Part shown: piece by piece, positions 18,442 through 27,329 of the stretch
How the letters are laid out: each line of letters opens with the position of its first letter
Numbering within the stretch: the stretch's first letter is position 1
DNA from: Candidatus Aenigmatarchaeota archaeon
Lineage (GTDB): Archaea > Aenigmatarchaeota > Aenigmatarchaeia > GW2011-AR5
DNA: 51,340 bases
Assembly (NCBI GenBank): GCA_041645025.1
Contig: JBAZQV010000002.1
Location: 1-51,340, forward strand
Reading direction: 5' to 3'
Position numbers and translations under genes: made by a program
The notes under the pieces: generated by a model
Seen by the model: only the letters and a program-made list of their open reading frames with translations
The model's database searches: none
Told to the model about the DNA's origin: nothing

Positions 18442-18870
18442 ATGATAGTCCTTGACAGCTGGATTTTTATAGAATACTTCTCTGATATGGAGAACAAAAG
18501 CTCAGCCGATCTGGTGGAGAATCCTTCGGACACAAGAGCGATAAGCTCCGCTGTTCTGGCAGAAGTCAAGTACAGAATATCAAAAAAATTTGGCAACTCA
18601 AAAGCTTCGGACGCCATAGATGCGATAAACTCACTACCGAACTTGCGTATATTGCCGGTTACGAAAGAGATTGCGGAATTCGCGGCAGAGTTGAGACTAA
18701 AATATTATAGTAAAGAAAGACAGCTATCCTATATCGATGTGATTAATCTGGCAACTGCAATCAAGATTGGATGCGACAAATTCTATACTGGTGACCCAGA
18801 TTTTGAGGGGATAAGTGAGATTGAAATAAAGAATATACGACAGACGAAAACAAATTCCATATATAAATAA
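18442..18870 (+). CDS. vapC: PIN-domain toxin (VapC-like), 142 aa
   Basis: MIVLDSWIFIEYF and SYIDVINLATAIKIGCDKFYTGDPDFEGI. Confidence 0.75.
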   Translation: MIVLDSWIFIEYFSDMENKSSADLVENPSDTRAISSAVLAEVKYRISKKFGNSKASDAIDAINSLPNLRILPVTKEIAEFAAELRLKYYSKERQLSYIDVINLATAIKIGCDKFYTGDPDFEGISEIEIKNIRQTKTNSIYK

Positions 18871-18965
18871 GAGAAGAAAGAAAGCGGAGTTTTTTTGTCT
18901 AAAAATTTTGAATTGGACAAAATCAGAACCGATGAAAAAGAAAGACTGAAAAAGACTCGGAATTA

Positions 18966-19080
18966 TCTTAGATTCATTGAAAACGCACGGCTTCAGCCGT
19001 GCGATGAAACACAATGAATCTGGGATCCCATCTTCCAACAAACCCACGACTTTAGTCGTGGGATATAAGGAAGATGTGAT
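18966..19080 (+). repeat. Two-hairpin intergenic element R2, copy 1, containing an IS200-like CCCACGAC-TTTA-GTCGTGGG hairpin
   Basis: Stem AGATTCATTG (18970-18979) pairs with CAATGAATCT (19012-19021) and encloses a GCACGGC-TTCA-GCCGTGC hairpin. Then comes GGGATCC, then stem CATCTTCC (19029-19036) / GGAAGATG (19069-19076) enclosing 19043-19062. The framework is shared with 35391-35476. Confidence 0.6.
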
Positions 19081-19163
19081 AAAACACACGAAAAAGAAAA
19101 AAGGACATAATTTCGAGAGACCCAAAATAATAAACTGAGTTAGAAAATTATGAGGGTGAAATC

Positions 19164-19415
19164 ATGAAAACAAAATCAAGGAAAGCCAGAAAAAAGCCTG
19201 AGGAATATGAAATAAAGTTCTGGAAAGACTGGTTAGAGGCAGATACGCTTAAAAGGTTAGAGCTCGTCAAAAAACTTCCTCTGCTTGACATATGTCTAGA
19301 AATGAAGAACGAGAAAATATGGAGAGAATCGTTCTCAAGCTTAATTAATGGCTATTTTGAAGACCTGGAATCTGCAGTTTATACAAAAGTGCGGTTAGAA
19401 AAGACTAATAAGTAA
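19164..19415 (+). CDS. Hypothetical protein, 83 aa
   Basis: ORF with GAGGGTG upstream. Charged, helical-looking. No recognisable motif. Confidence 0.4.
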   Translation: MKTKSRKARKKPEEYEIKFWKDWLEADTLKRLELVKKLPLLDICLEMKNEKIWRESFSSLINGYFEDLESAVYTKVRLEKTNK

Positions 19416-19573
19416 ATAACATTGAATTTGAAGAAGTGCGACGAGCGTCACGTTTATCGTTCTGGTTATCGGCTATTTCTACAATTATTCACCACTATAA
19501 AGTAATATAAATACCATAGCTTTATATGTAGCCAAGCGTAAATATCTATAGGTAATATTAAAGACGTGGTTTC

Positions 19574-20656
19574 ATGTACGTACCTCAGGGACTTTTCGAT
19601 GCTGATAGAATAGCCAAGCCTAGCGACAGGGAGATAGCTCAATATAGAGGCGTGGACAGGCGCATTTTCCTGAAGTACGTGGGGCTCGCAGGCATGGGAC
19701 TGCTCGCAGCAAGTTGCGGCGGCGGAAGTCCTGTACAGCCAACAAATGACTGCCGGACGACCGGCTGCCCTGCTAATCAATCTTGCGTTCAGGAAACCGG
19801 GGCTTACTCGTGCAAAGACAAGCCGCCCGGTGCAGTTACTGTTACTGGCCAGGTATATAACACAGCTGGAACAGGAGAGCTTTCCCAGTATCGCATAACC
19901 CTTGGCGGCACTTCACAGGATGTCATTAATGGTGTTTATGGTTTTGGACTGACACCTGCTGTTTACAGAGCAAAAATAGAAAATACAGGCGGTATAGATT
20001 TTCTCTCACCTATGGAAGTGTCAGTGAATATGGCGTCAGCGGGCAATTATGATTTTGATGTTCTATTTTCCGACGCTACCTTCAGAACATTCTTGCAGGA
20101 AGTAGCTTTTGGTGGCGGCTCAACACACGTTGCACGCGGTCCTCTCAAAAGACCGATAAGCAACAAGCACTATGTGATAGATGCCAGTTTCCCTCAACGA
20201 TATATAGACGACGTAATAAAAGATGTTCTGCTCAAAGACGTGCCTGCACTATGCAAGGGTCGTCTGTTTTCCATGTCTGTTGACGACAGCATGATAGAAG
20301 TTCGCGCGAGCATGCCACCTAAACAGGATGTGAGCTTGATGCCTAAGGATAATTATTTCTTTTACAATACCTCTAGATTTGCGAATACAGGACCAGCTTC
20401 TAATAGCACATGTGATTCGGGTTATGCTGATTTTAATCAAAGTGGTGGACGTGCTGTTGCGTCACAGGAAATACTTCAGTTGTTCGGCTTCTGGGCAGAT
20501 ACAGGAGAAACAGGACCGGCTACTCTTCCTAGTATTTTCGATAATAATCCATGGACACCAGCATTGCCTGATAGGCCCTCAGTAGATGACATAAAAATGG
20601 GCAGATATGTTTTCTCAAGAGAGCCCGGAACAAGCTATCCTGACATAAGGCCTTAG
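19574..20656 (+). CDS. Tat-signal lipoprotein of unknown function, 360 aa
   Basis: Near-consensus twin-arginine motif DRRIFLKYVGLAGMGLLAASCGGGS with a lipobox-like AASC. Confidence 0.65.
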   Translation: MYVPQGLFDADRIAKPSDREIAQYRGVDRRIFLKYVGLAGMGLLAASCGGGSPVQPTNDCRTTGCPANQSCVQETGAYSCKDKPPGAVTVTGQVYNTAGTGELSQYRITLGGTSQDVINGVYGFGLTPAVYRAKIENTGGIDFLSPMEVSVNMASAGNYDFDVLFSDATFRTFLQEVAFGGGSTHVARGPLKRPISNKHYVIDASFPQRYIDDVIKDVLLKDVPALCKGRLFSMSVDDSMIEVRASMPPKQDVSLMPKDNYFFYNTSRFANTGPASNSTCDSGYADFNQSGGRAVASQEILQLFGFWADTGETGPATLPSIFDNNPWTPALPDRPSVDDIKMGRYVFSREPGTSYPDIRP

Positions 20657-20865
20657 TCTTCGTCTTTCTTTTTCATGGCGTCCTTTATCAGAACGAAAGC
20701 CGTCGCCAGCACGAAGATGAACATGAGCCAGGACAGCGACCGCGTGATTGATGGTATCAACTCCGGGTCAATATTGAAAGAAAAAAGCACGTTTCCCAGC
20801 ACTAGAAATAATCCTATCAGCAGAAGCGTTATTGCTGTCAGAACTTCTGGAATCCGTTCGTCCAT
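20653..20865 (-). CDS. Small two-TM membrane protein, 70 aa
   Basis: Two hydrophobic helices (VLTAITLLLIGLFLVLGNVLF; LSWLMFIFVLATAFVLI). Confidence 0.4.
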   Translation of the reverse strand: MDERIPEVLTAITLLLIGLFLVLGNVLFSFNIDPELIPSITRSLSWLMFIFVLATAFVLIKDAMKKKDED

Positions 20866-21056
20866 GTCTTATTATTATGGAAGACGGTTTATATTTGTGA
20901 CTAAATGTAAGGCAACGTAAAATTATTGTTTATGGGGTTATTTCTCGTTCTTGTGGCGTATAGTGACAAGAAGGAACAACAGGCAATAATAAACTCTATA
21001 AAACTCGTTATTGACTCTTATAGAAAGGATGTATATGAAAGATTCAGAAAAAGTCA

Positions 21057-21191
21057 CTAGTCGAACTTCTTTATTCTGCCTGCTTTTATATCTTCCATAC
21101 TTTTCACGAGTTTAATTAAAAGAGAGTGGTCTACTTCTTCTAGTTTCTTTAGTCTTGTATATTCAGACTTTGGTATTGTTACGTTTGTCAT
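21057..21191 (-). CDS. Small (44 aa) antitoxin-like protein, not in the ORF track
   Basis: Hand translation gives MTNVTIPKSEYTRLKKLEEVDHSLLIKLVKSMEDIKAGRIKKFD, a pattern common in small archaeal antitoxin-like proteins. No partner toxin is visible. Confidence 0.3.
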   Translation of the reverse strand: MTNVTIPKSEYTRLKKLEEVDHSLLIKLVKSMEDIKAGRIKKFD

Positions 21192-21317
21192 CTTTATCAC
21201 AATATACTTTATGTTAGTATATATTTAAGTATTTTCAATCTATCAGACCCATCATTACACCCGCATCACGCCGCTTTTTAAATTTATATACAACTCGCGC
21301 CCATAAGTTAGCTTAGT

Positions 21318-24300
21318 ATGGTGCGGAAAAAAGGTTACATTGGGATATCTGTATCTTTGGTCTTATTCGCAGCGCTGTTTTTCATATACAATTCGCAGCC
21401 CGCTGCTGCGTTGATATGCGACGAGGCTGATTGCTTTTATTGCTATGACATCTATCCGATGTGCAAAGATCTTATATCAGTGGGTGCTGGAGGATACAAT
21501 AAATATCAAGTTGGCAGTTGCCCAGGCGGCTGTTACGGGCCATGTGAAAAAGTTGATTGGTGCTGTTCTACTGTCAACCGAGCTAAATTTCTGTATGGGT
21601 GTATGGCATGTGATAGTGGACAGGTTTATACAAATGGCCAATGTGTGACACAGTGTCCCGGCGGCCAGGTTTGGGATGGTAGCAACTGCGTGTGTGGAGC
21701 AGATCAATATTGGGACGGTTCAAACTGTCAGAGTTCTAGATGTGGTGACGGGTATTGCGATCCGACTGAATCAGGCTGGTCGTGCCCGAAATATCCTGAC
21801 GGCTCTGGGGGCGGGGACTGTGCCTGCATTGCAACATCAAGGACGTGCAATTACGCCGGCGTCTTTGAGCACTACTCCAACTGCGGAGGCAAGCAGGTAA
21901 TTGATACTTGCCAATTCGGCTGCTTGGACGGCAAATGCAATCCTGATCCTTGCGCCGGCGTTACATGCAACAGCCCGCCTGCGTCTTACTGCAGCGGCAC
22001 CAGTGTTGTATATTACAATTCTCCGGGAACTTGTTCCGGCGGCAGCTGCGGTTATTTGACAGGCAGTTACGGTTGCCCGACTTCAGGGTGCAGCGGCAGT
22101 TATCGTCAGGCAGGCGGCTGCAGCGGCGGCTCGTGTTATCTGAACAGTGTTGAAAATTGCGGCAGCGATTACTGGGGCTGCTCGGACAGTGAAACACGCG
22201 CGTACCGGTCCCAGGGGTGCAGCGGCGGCAACTGCTATGGCAGCTGGTCGCAGCCGCAGAATTGCAACAACAACAATTATTGCTCAAATTCAGGAGTCAC
22301 CTACCCGACATGCACAAACAGCGACACTGCTGTAACAAGACAGAACAGGGTTTATAATGACTATGGCTGCTCCGGCGGCAACTGTTATCTGGCGTCGCAA
22401 TACGCGTCAGGCAGCTGCCCGCCTGTCGACACAAGTCCGGTGACATGCAGCAACAGCAATGGGTGGGTTAATGTCGGCGCACCTTATTCCGCGTGCAATT
22501 TGGGCAGCGCATGCACTGCGCAAAACCAGGAATACAGGAGCTATGGATGCTCTTCTGGTTCGTGCACTTATTCTGTTACAAATACCCAGACTATTTACTC
22601 TGGTTGCTCTTCGTGCCCGTCGAGCGGCTGCAGCGGAGACACGCGATATTATAGCGGCACATGTTCCGGCGGCTCATGCACATATGGCGGCAGCCAGGAC
22701 TGCAACGTCAATAACTACTGCGGCAATTCCGGAAGCCCTTACTCAGTGTGTAGCAGCAGCAATATCGTAGTGACAAGACAGGACAGGGTTTACAATGATT
22801 ACACATGCTCTGGAGGAAACTGTGCTGTTGCTTCATCCTATGCTTCAGGCAACTGTCCGCCTGTTGACAGCAACCCGCAAACATGCAGCCCTTCGGCACC
22901 GACATGCTCAGGCACTTCAAGATGCACTTATAGTGCTGGCTGCTCCGGCGGCAGTTGCTACAACAGCCCTTCATGTTCACAATGCCCTACGCCAGCTACA
23001 GCTTGTTCAGGCACTTCAGTTCGCACTTACTCTCCAACCTGCTCCGGCGGTTCCTGCAGTTCAACATATTCAGATTCACAATGCCCTACGCCAACACCAG
23101 TTTGCGTGAGCAGTGGCACATTTCGCACTTACTCTCCAACCTGCTCCGGCGGTTCCTGCAGTTCAACATATTCAGACTCTGCATGCCCGGGTGGAACGAC
23201 ATGCAGCGGCGGCAGTTGCATTTCCTGCATCTGTTCTACACCAAGTCCTACTTGCGCTGACTCAGTAACAAAGCGCACCTATTCTCCAACATGCCCAGGA
23301 GGCAGTTGCAGCTCGACATATTCAGATTCAGCGTGTCCTACAGCAGCCACAGACTGCGCAAACTCCGTAACAAGGCGCACCTATACTGCCTACTGCTCCG
23401 GCGGCACCTGCGGCAACACACCTACGAGCACAACCTGCCCTACAGTATCCACAGACTGCGCTGACCCCGTAACAAGGCGCACTTATACTGCTTACTGCTC
23501 TGGAGGAAGTTGCGGCAACACACCAACAAACACAGCATGTCCTAGCCAGGCACCTACATGCGCTGACACAACCACCCGCCGCACCTATTCCCCAACCTGC
23601 TTGGCTGGCAACTGCGGAGTCAGTCCGGTTGATGCAGCATGTTCTGTAACATCGCCAACATGTGCTGACTCCGTAACAAGACGCACTTATACTGCTTACT
23701 GCTCTGGAGGAAGTTGCGGCAACACGCCTACGGACACAGCCTGCCCGACATCAGCTGCGACTTGTGCAAACCCAACCACCCGTCGCACATATGCTCCAAC
23801 CTGCTTGGCCGGCACCTGCGGCAACTCACCAACAGACTCAGCTTGCCCTACACCAGCAACAACCTGCGCAGACGCAAACACAAGACGTGTCTACTCAGCA
23901 ACCTGCTTGGCCGGAAGCTGCGGCTCGACTTATACAGACTCTGCCTGTCAGTATGGCTGCTCCAATGGCGTCTGCGGAACTAACCCGTGCTCGCCAAATC
24001 CTTGCACAAACGTGCCTCAAAACACATGCAGCGGCAGTACGTTGAATGTTTACTCTTCATTATGCACGCCTTCAGGCGGCTCAGCATCATGCTCATATCC
24101 TGCCACGCCTCAATCCTGCCAGTATGGCTGCCTTTCTTTGCCTGGGCCTGACCAGTGTGCTGCTAACAGCCCGCCGACATTTAGCAGCGTTTCTGTGTCA
24201 GGCGCTTTCCAGAGCTATGTGAGGAACGGGCACACGATTGCAGTGAGCTCTGCTGGCACTGATCCGAATGGCGAGCAGGTCAAGCTCAAGTGCGGAAGTG

Positions 24301-27227
24301 CTACGGGCAATTATAATTTATGCACTGGCAACCCTGTTGCATCAAACCCAACATGCTCTTTCACTAATAGCTGGTCTGATTCCAATGACCACACAATTTA
24401 CTGTGCCTTGGAGGACAGCGCAAGCGCGAACTCTGTTGAGCGCACAGCAACGGTCTCAGCTGACAACACAGGTCCTACGCTTACATTATCCAGGAGCCCT
24501 TCAACCGCACAGATAGCTCCGGGCATTTCAGTTAGCCTGACAGCTGACGCGTCTGATGCCAGGAGCGGAATTTCGATAATCAATATTGTTGTTGACGGCT
24601 ACAATGCCAAACTATGCAGCAGCGGCACCTGTTCGTATACCTTTACGCCTTCCTACGGTTCTCATACTTACTATGCCAATGCCTATGACCGGGTCGGAAA
24701 TGTTGTGTGGGCACGTGACAGTTCCGGTGCACTGCCAGGGTCTGGCCCGAACGGGAACGGCACAGCACCGCCGCCTGGAACGAATCCAGGCGAAGGCACG
24801 ACACCGTTACCGCTACCAACACCAGTGCCAGGGGAAGTTGGCAGTCCGTGCTCTAATAATAATGATTGCCGCTCAAACGTGTGCAGCAACAGCCAGTGCA
24901 CAGCCGCACCTGGACCATTACCACCGCCGTCACCTATGCCTGTGAACAACGCGCCTACGGTGCAGCCCATGGACTTTACGCCAAGGGGCAGCTGCAAGCA
25001 GGGCAGCACGATAACGCTGCAATGCACTGCCTCTGACGCAAATCAGGCAGCGAACACACTTTCAACAAAGGCATGGTCAGGCACGTGCACTGTCGGAAAC
25101 TGCTTTGCAACACGCTCATGGACATATCTTAACAATGCGGGCATGACAGCGCCTTCCAGTGGCGGCACATTCACGAGAGACATTACAATAACCGCGCCTG
25201 AAGGAACAGGCATAGCAGCCACATGCCAGGCAACCGACTCCCTGAGCGCGACATCGAACTGGGGTGATGCTTATCCGCTTTGCGTTGTCAACAACTGCCC
25301 GAACCCGCCTACGATAACAATTACCTCCATAACACCAAACCCGTCGCCTGCCGGCACTCTGTCTGTAACGTTTACAGCGAGCCGCTCACTGCAGGGCGAT
25401 CCTGTTGTAAAGATCAAGCCTGGCTCGCAACAGGGCGGCACAAGCCAGAAGGCAGGAAGCATGCGCCAGAAACAGGGGAACAGCTACACATTTGATATTC
25501 CTGTCAGCGCCGGCGACGCAAACGGCATATCAGATGTCTGGGTTGACGCTGGATTCACAGCGCCAAACGGCAACTGCCAGTTCAGCAGCCCGATACAGCA
25601 GATTACTATAGACACCCAGCCACCGACGACAACAGCGCGATGCAACGGGCTGCCTTGTTCTAATATGATTTACACTGCTCCATTGCAGCTGACATTTGGA
25701 TGCAGCGATGCGACGACCAGCTGCGACTCCACATTGTTTAGTGTTGATTCGCGTGCCAGTGATAAATACAGCGGCACCCGCCAGCTTTCTGCTGACGGTC
25801 CTCATACTATTTATTATCTCTCCAACGACAGTCTTGGAAACCGGGAAATTGAAAAAAGCCAGCCGATAAGCGTCTTCAAGCCGCCATGCATAAACCCTGC
25901 AGAAGAGCCTTCCTGCAATCCAAGCGGATTCGTGGGCGTGGAATTATATGCCAAGCTTGACTTCAGCAAGACCAGCGTAATTACAGGCGATGACGCCCAG
26001 GCAAACCTGTACTGCTTCCTGCGCACCAAGGATCTTACAAAACGGTTTATACGGCCTTGCAACCCTGACCCGACCAAGCTGTCAATTATTGTTGACAAGG
26101 GAACAGCGAATCAAAAAGATTACTTTAATCCAGCTAATGGTTACATACCGCCAAGCAGGGCTGACTTTGTAAAGCCAACTTATCAGAAAGACGGTAATTA
26201 CAACCTGCCTACAATAGACGGAACTTACGCAATAACAAGAAGATGGGATTTCAAACTCAACACAAATATCTTCCGCTCGAGCGTGTGCATTAATGTCACT
26301 GATCTTGGCTCGGGCCTTAGTGTTGAAGCCTGCGGCGACTACACTGTCACGGAAACAGAATTTCTCTTCGGCGCATATTTCCCTGACTTGGGCGTGACAG
26401 TGCCGCTTACCATTGACCCGGGGCATGACCAGGTTGCCAACTTTACCAAAACCATGCTCATAAACTTCACAGCAGTGCCGAGCACAAGGACGTTTTCAGG
26501 TGTGTCTGTATGCGAGCCGCCAAACTGCCGGGTTGATTTCAGCTTTGACGCGCCTACATATGACAAGACAACAAAATGGGACGCTTTCCGGAAAGTATTT
26601 GTCGCGTCCAATGTAATTGATATTGCCAGCAATAATTTTGCCTGCGACCAGTACAAAACCATCTATCTTCAGGCGCAACAGGCAGGCGGACCGCCAGCCA
26701 CGACTTCAAAGGAATTCTTCGTCAACTGCCAGACAAAGATAACTGTCACGCCTGTGGAAAAAAGATTCGCCCTGGGCGACCAGCCTGCTGACAATGTGTT
26801 TAGCGTAACAGTGTACAACCCGAAGGAAGGAGCGGCTAATAAAATATTCGACGTTACGTCGTCCACCACAAGCCCTATTTTCAGTTTCCAGTGGATAGAG
26901 TTCAAATGTACTGAAGGCGGATGCATTGTCGACCCTGATAATAACGACAAGGTTCAGCTGGACATGCCTCCGGAGTCCCAGAAATCATTTTCCGTCTCTG
27001 TTTCCACTGTGGCGAGGACAGGCTCGTTCCCGATAACCTTTGTCGCAACTGACCCAGACGGCAACACATATTCGACGCTGGCCACAATCCTTGTGTTTGC
27101 TGAGGGCCTTGACGAGTTCGCTGCGTGGCAGCTCATAATATTAGTGATTATAGCCATTGCGTTTATCGCATACTATAAGATTGATCTTGGGCATAGGAAA
27201 AAAAGAAAAACTAGCAAAAGAAAATAA
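21318..27227 (+). CDS. Giant (1969 aa) cysteine-rich surface protein: N-terminal anchor/signal, CSGGSC-type Cys repeats, Ig-like domains, Pro-rich linkers, C-terminal TM helix plus basic tail
   Basis: Uninterrupted 5.9 kb ORF. N-terminal helix ISVSLVLFAALFFIY. More than 20 C[SP]GG[SNT]C motifs. C-terminal WQLIILVIIAIAFIAYY followed by KIDLGHRKKRKTSKRK. Confidence 0.85.
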   Translation: MVRKKGYIGISVSLVLFAALFFIYNSQPAAALICDEADCFYCYDIYPMCKDLISVGAGGYNKYQVGSCPGGCYGPCEKVDWCCSTVNRAKFLYGCMACDSGQVYTNGQCVTQCPGGQVWDGSNCVCGADQYWDGSNCQSSRCGDGYCDPTESGWSCPKYPDGSGGGDCACIATSRTCNYAGVFEHYSNCGGKQVIDTCQFGCLDGKCNPDPCAGVTCNSPPASYCSGTSVVYYNSPGTCSGGSCGYLTGSYGCPTSGCSGSYRQAGGCSGGSCYLNSVENCGSDYWGCSDSETRAYRSQGCSGGNCYGSWSQPQNCNNNNYCSNSGVTYPTCTNSDTAVTRQNRVYNDYGCSGGNCYLASQYASGSCPPVDTSPVTCSNSNGWVNVGAPYSACNLGSACTAQNQEYRSYGCSSGSCTYSVTNTQTIYSGCSSCPSSGCSGDTRYYSGTCSGGSCTYGGSQDCNVNNYCGNSGSPYSVCSSSNIVVTRQDRVYNDYTCSGGNCAVASSYASGNCPPVDSNPQTCSPSAPTCSGTSRCTYSAGCSGGSCYNSPSCSQCPTPATACSGTSVRTYSPTCSGGSCSSTYSDSQCPTPTPVCVSSGTFRTYSPTCSGGSCSSTYSDSACPGGTTCSGGSCISCICSTPSPTCADSVTKRTYSPTCPGGSCSSTYSDSACPTAATDCANSVTRRTYTAYCSGGTCGNTPTSTTCPTVSTDCADPVTRRTYTAYCSGGSCGNTPTNTACPSQAPTCADTTTRRTYSPTCLAGNCGVSPVDAACSVTSPTCADSVTRRTYTAYCSGGSCGNTPTDTACPTSAATCANPTTRRTYAPTCLAGTCGNSPTDSACPTPATTCADANTRRVYSATCLAGSCGSTYTDSACQYGCSNGVCGTNPCSPNPCTNVPQNTCSGSTLNVYSSLCTPSGGSASCSYPATPQSCQYGCLSLPGPDQCAANSPPTFSSVSVSGAFQSYVRNGHTIAVSSAGTDPNGEQVKLKCGSATGNYNLCTGNPVASNPTCSFTNSWSDSNDHTIYCALEDSASANSVERTATVSADNTGPTLTLSRSPSTAQIAPGISVSLTADASDARSGISIINIVVDGYNAKLCSSGTCSYTFTPSYGSHTYYANAYDRVGNVVWARDSSGALPGSGPNGNGTAPPPGTNPGEGTTPLPLPTPVPGEVGSPCSNNNDCRSNVCSNSQCTAAPGPLPPPSPMPVNNAPTVQPMDFTPRGSCKQGSTITLQCTASDANQAANTLSTKAWSGTCTVGNCFATRSWTYLNNAGMTAPSSGGTFTRDITITAPEGTGIAATCQATDSLSATSNWGDAYPLCVVNNCPNPPTITITSITPNPSPAGTLSVTFTASRSLQGDPVVKIKPGSQQGGTSQKAGSMRQKQGNSYTFDIPVSAGDANGISDVWVDAGFTAPNGNCQFSSPIQQITIDTQPPTTTARCNGLPCSNMIYTAPLQLTFGCSDATTSCDSTLFSVDSRASDKYSGTRQLSADGPHTIYYLSNDSLGNREIEKSQPISVFKPPCINPAEEPSCNPSGFVGVELYAKLDFSKTSVITGDDAQANLYCFLRTKDLTKRFIRPCNPDPTKLSIIVDKGTANQKDYFNPANGYIPPSRADFVKPTYQKDGNYNLPTIDGTYAITRRWDFKLNTNIFRSSVCINVTDLGSGLSVEACGDYTVTETEFLFGAYFPDLGVTVPLTIDPGHDQVANFTKTMLINFTAVPSTRTFSGVSVCEPPNCRVDFSFDAPTYDKTTKWDAFRKVFVASNVIDIASNNFACDQYKTIYLQAQQAGGPPATTSKEFFVNCQTKITVTPVEKRFALGDQPADNVFSVTVYNPKEGAANKIFDVTSSTTSPIFSFQWIEFKCTEGGCIVDPDNNDKVQLDMPPESQKSFSVSVSTVARTGSFPITFVATDPDGNTYSTLATILVFAEGLDEFAAWQLIILVIIAIAFIAYYKIDLGHRKKRKTSKRK
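22984..23970 (+). repeat. Tandem 99-102 nt (33-34 aa) cysteine-repeat array inside giant gene 2
   Basis: Unit is CP[TS]xxxTC[AS][DN]xxT[RK]RTY[ST][AP][YT]C[SLP][GA]G[STN]CGxxPT[DNS]xA. Seven units have an exact 102-nt period (Arg/Lys codons at 23271, 23373, 23475, 23577, 23679, 23781, 23883). They are preceded by three related units, two of which share a ~50-nt identical block. Confidence 0.8.
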
Positions 27228-27329
27228 GATGTTTTTCTGAAGTTGCTAATTGCACTTTCTGAGCACTGCTTTTGATTTATAAGCATTTTCATTGATAATT
27301 ATATTTAATGGAAAAGGGGTATAAGTTAC

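Noticed and set aside
18966-19080. H/ACA or C/D box guide sRNA
   Set aside because: The two-hairpin shape is suggestive, but no ACA follows the lower stem at the right distance. No K-turn is evident. GCGATGAAA and distant CTGA motifs do not give a plausible C/D arrangement, and the second copy lacks them.
20932-21060. 42-aa plus-strand ORF (MGLFLVLVAYSDKKEQQ...) as the toxin partner of the small antitoxin-like gene
   Set aside because: It has no recognisable toxin motif and converges tail-to-tail on the candidate antitoxin instead of forming an operon with it.
21445-27157. Many alternative-frame and antisense ORFs inside giant gene 2 (e.g. 22459..22770, 24586..24945, 24683..25027)
   Set aside because: The GC-rich Cys/Gly/Ser codon repeats keep other frames open. 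The products are Ala/Arg/Pro-rich low complexity. All are embedded in the 5.9 kb ORF.
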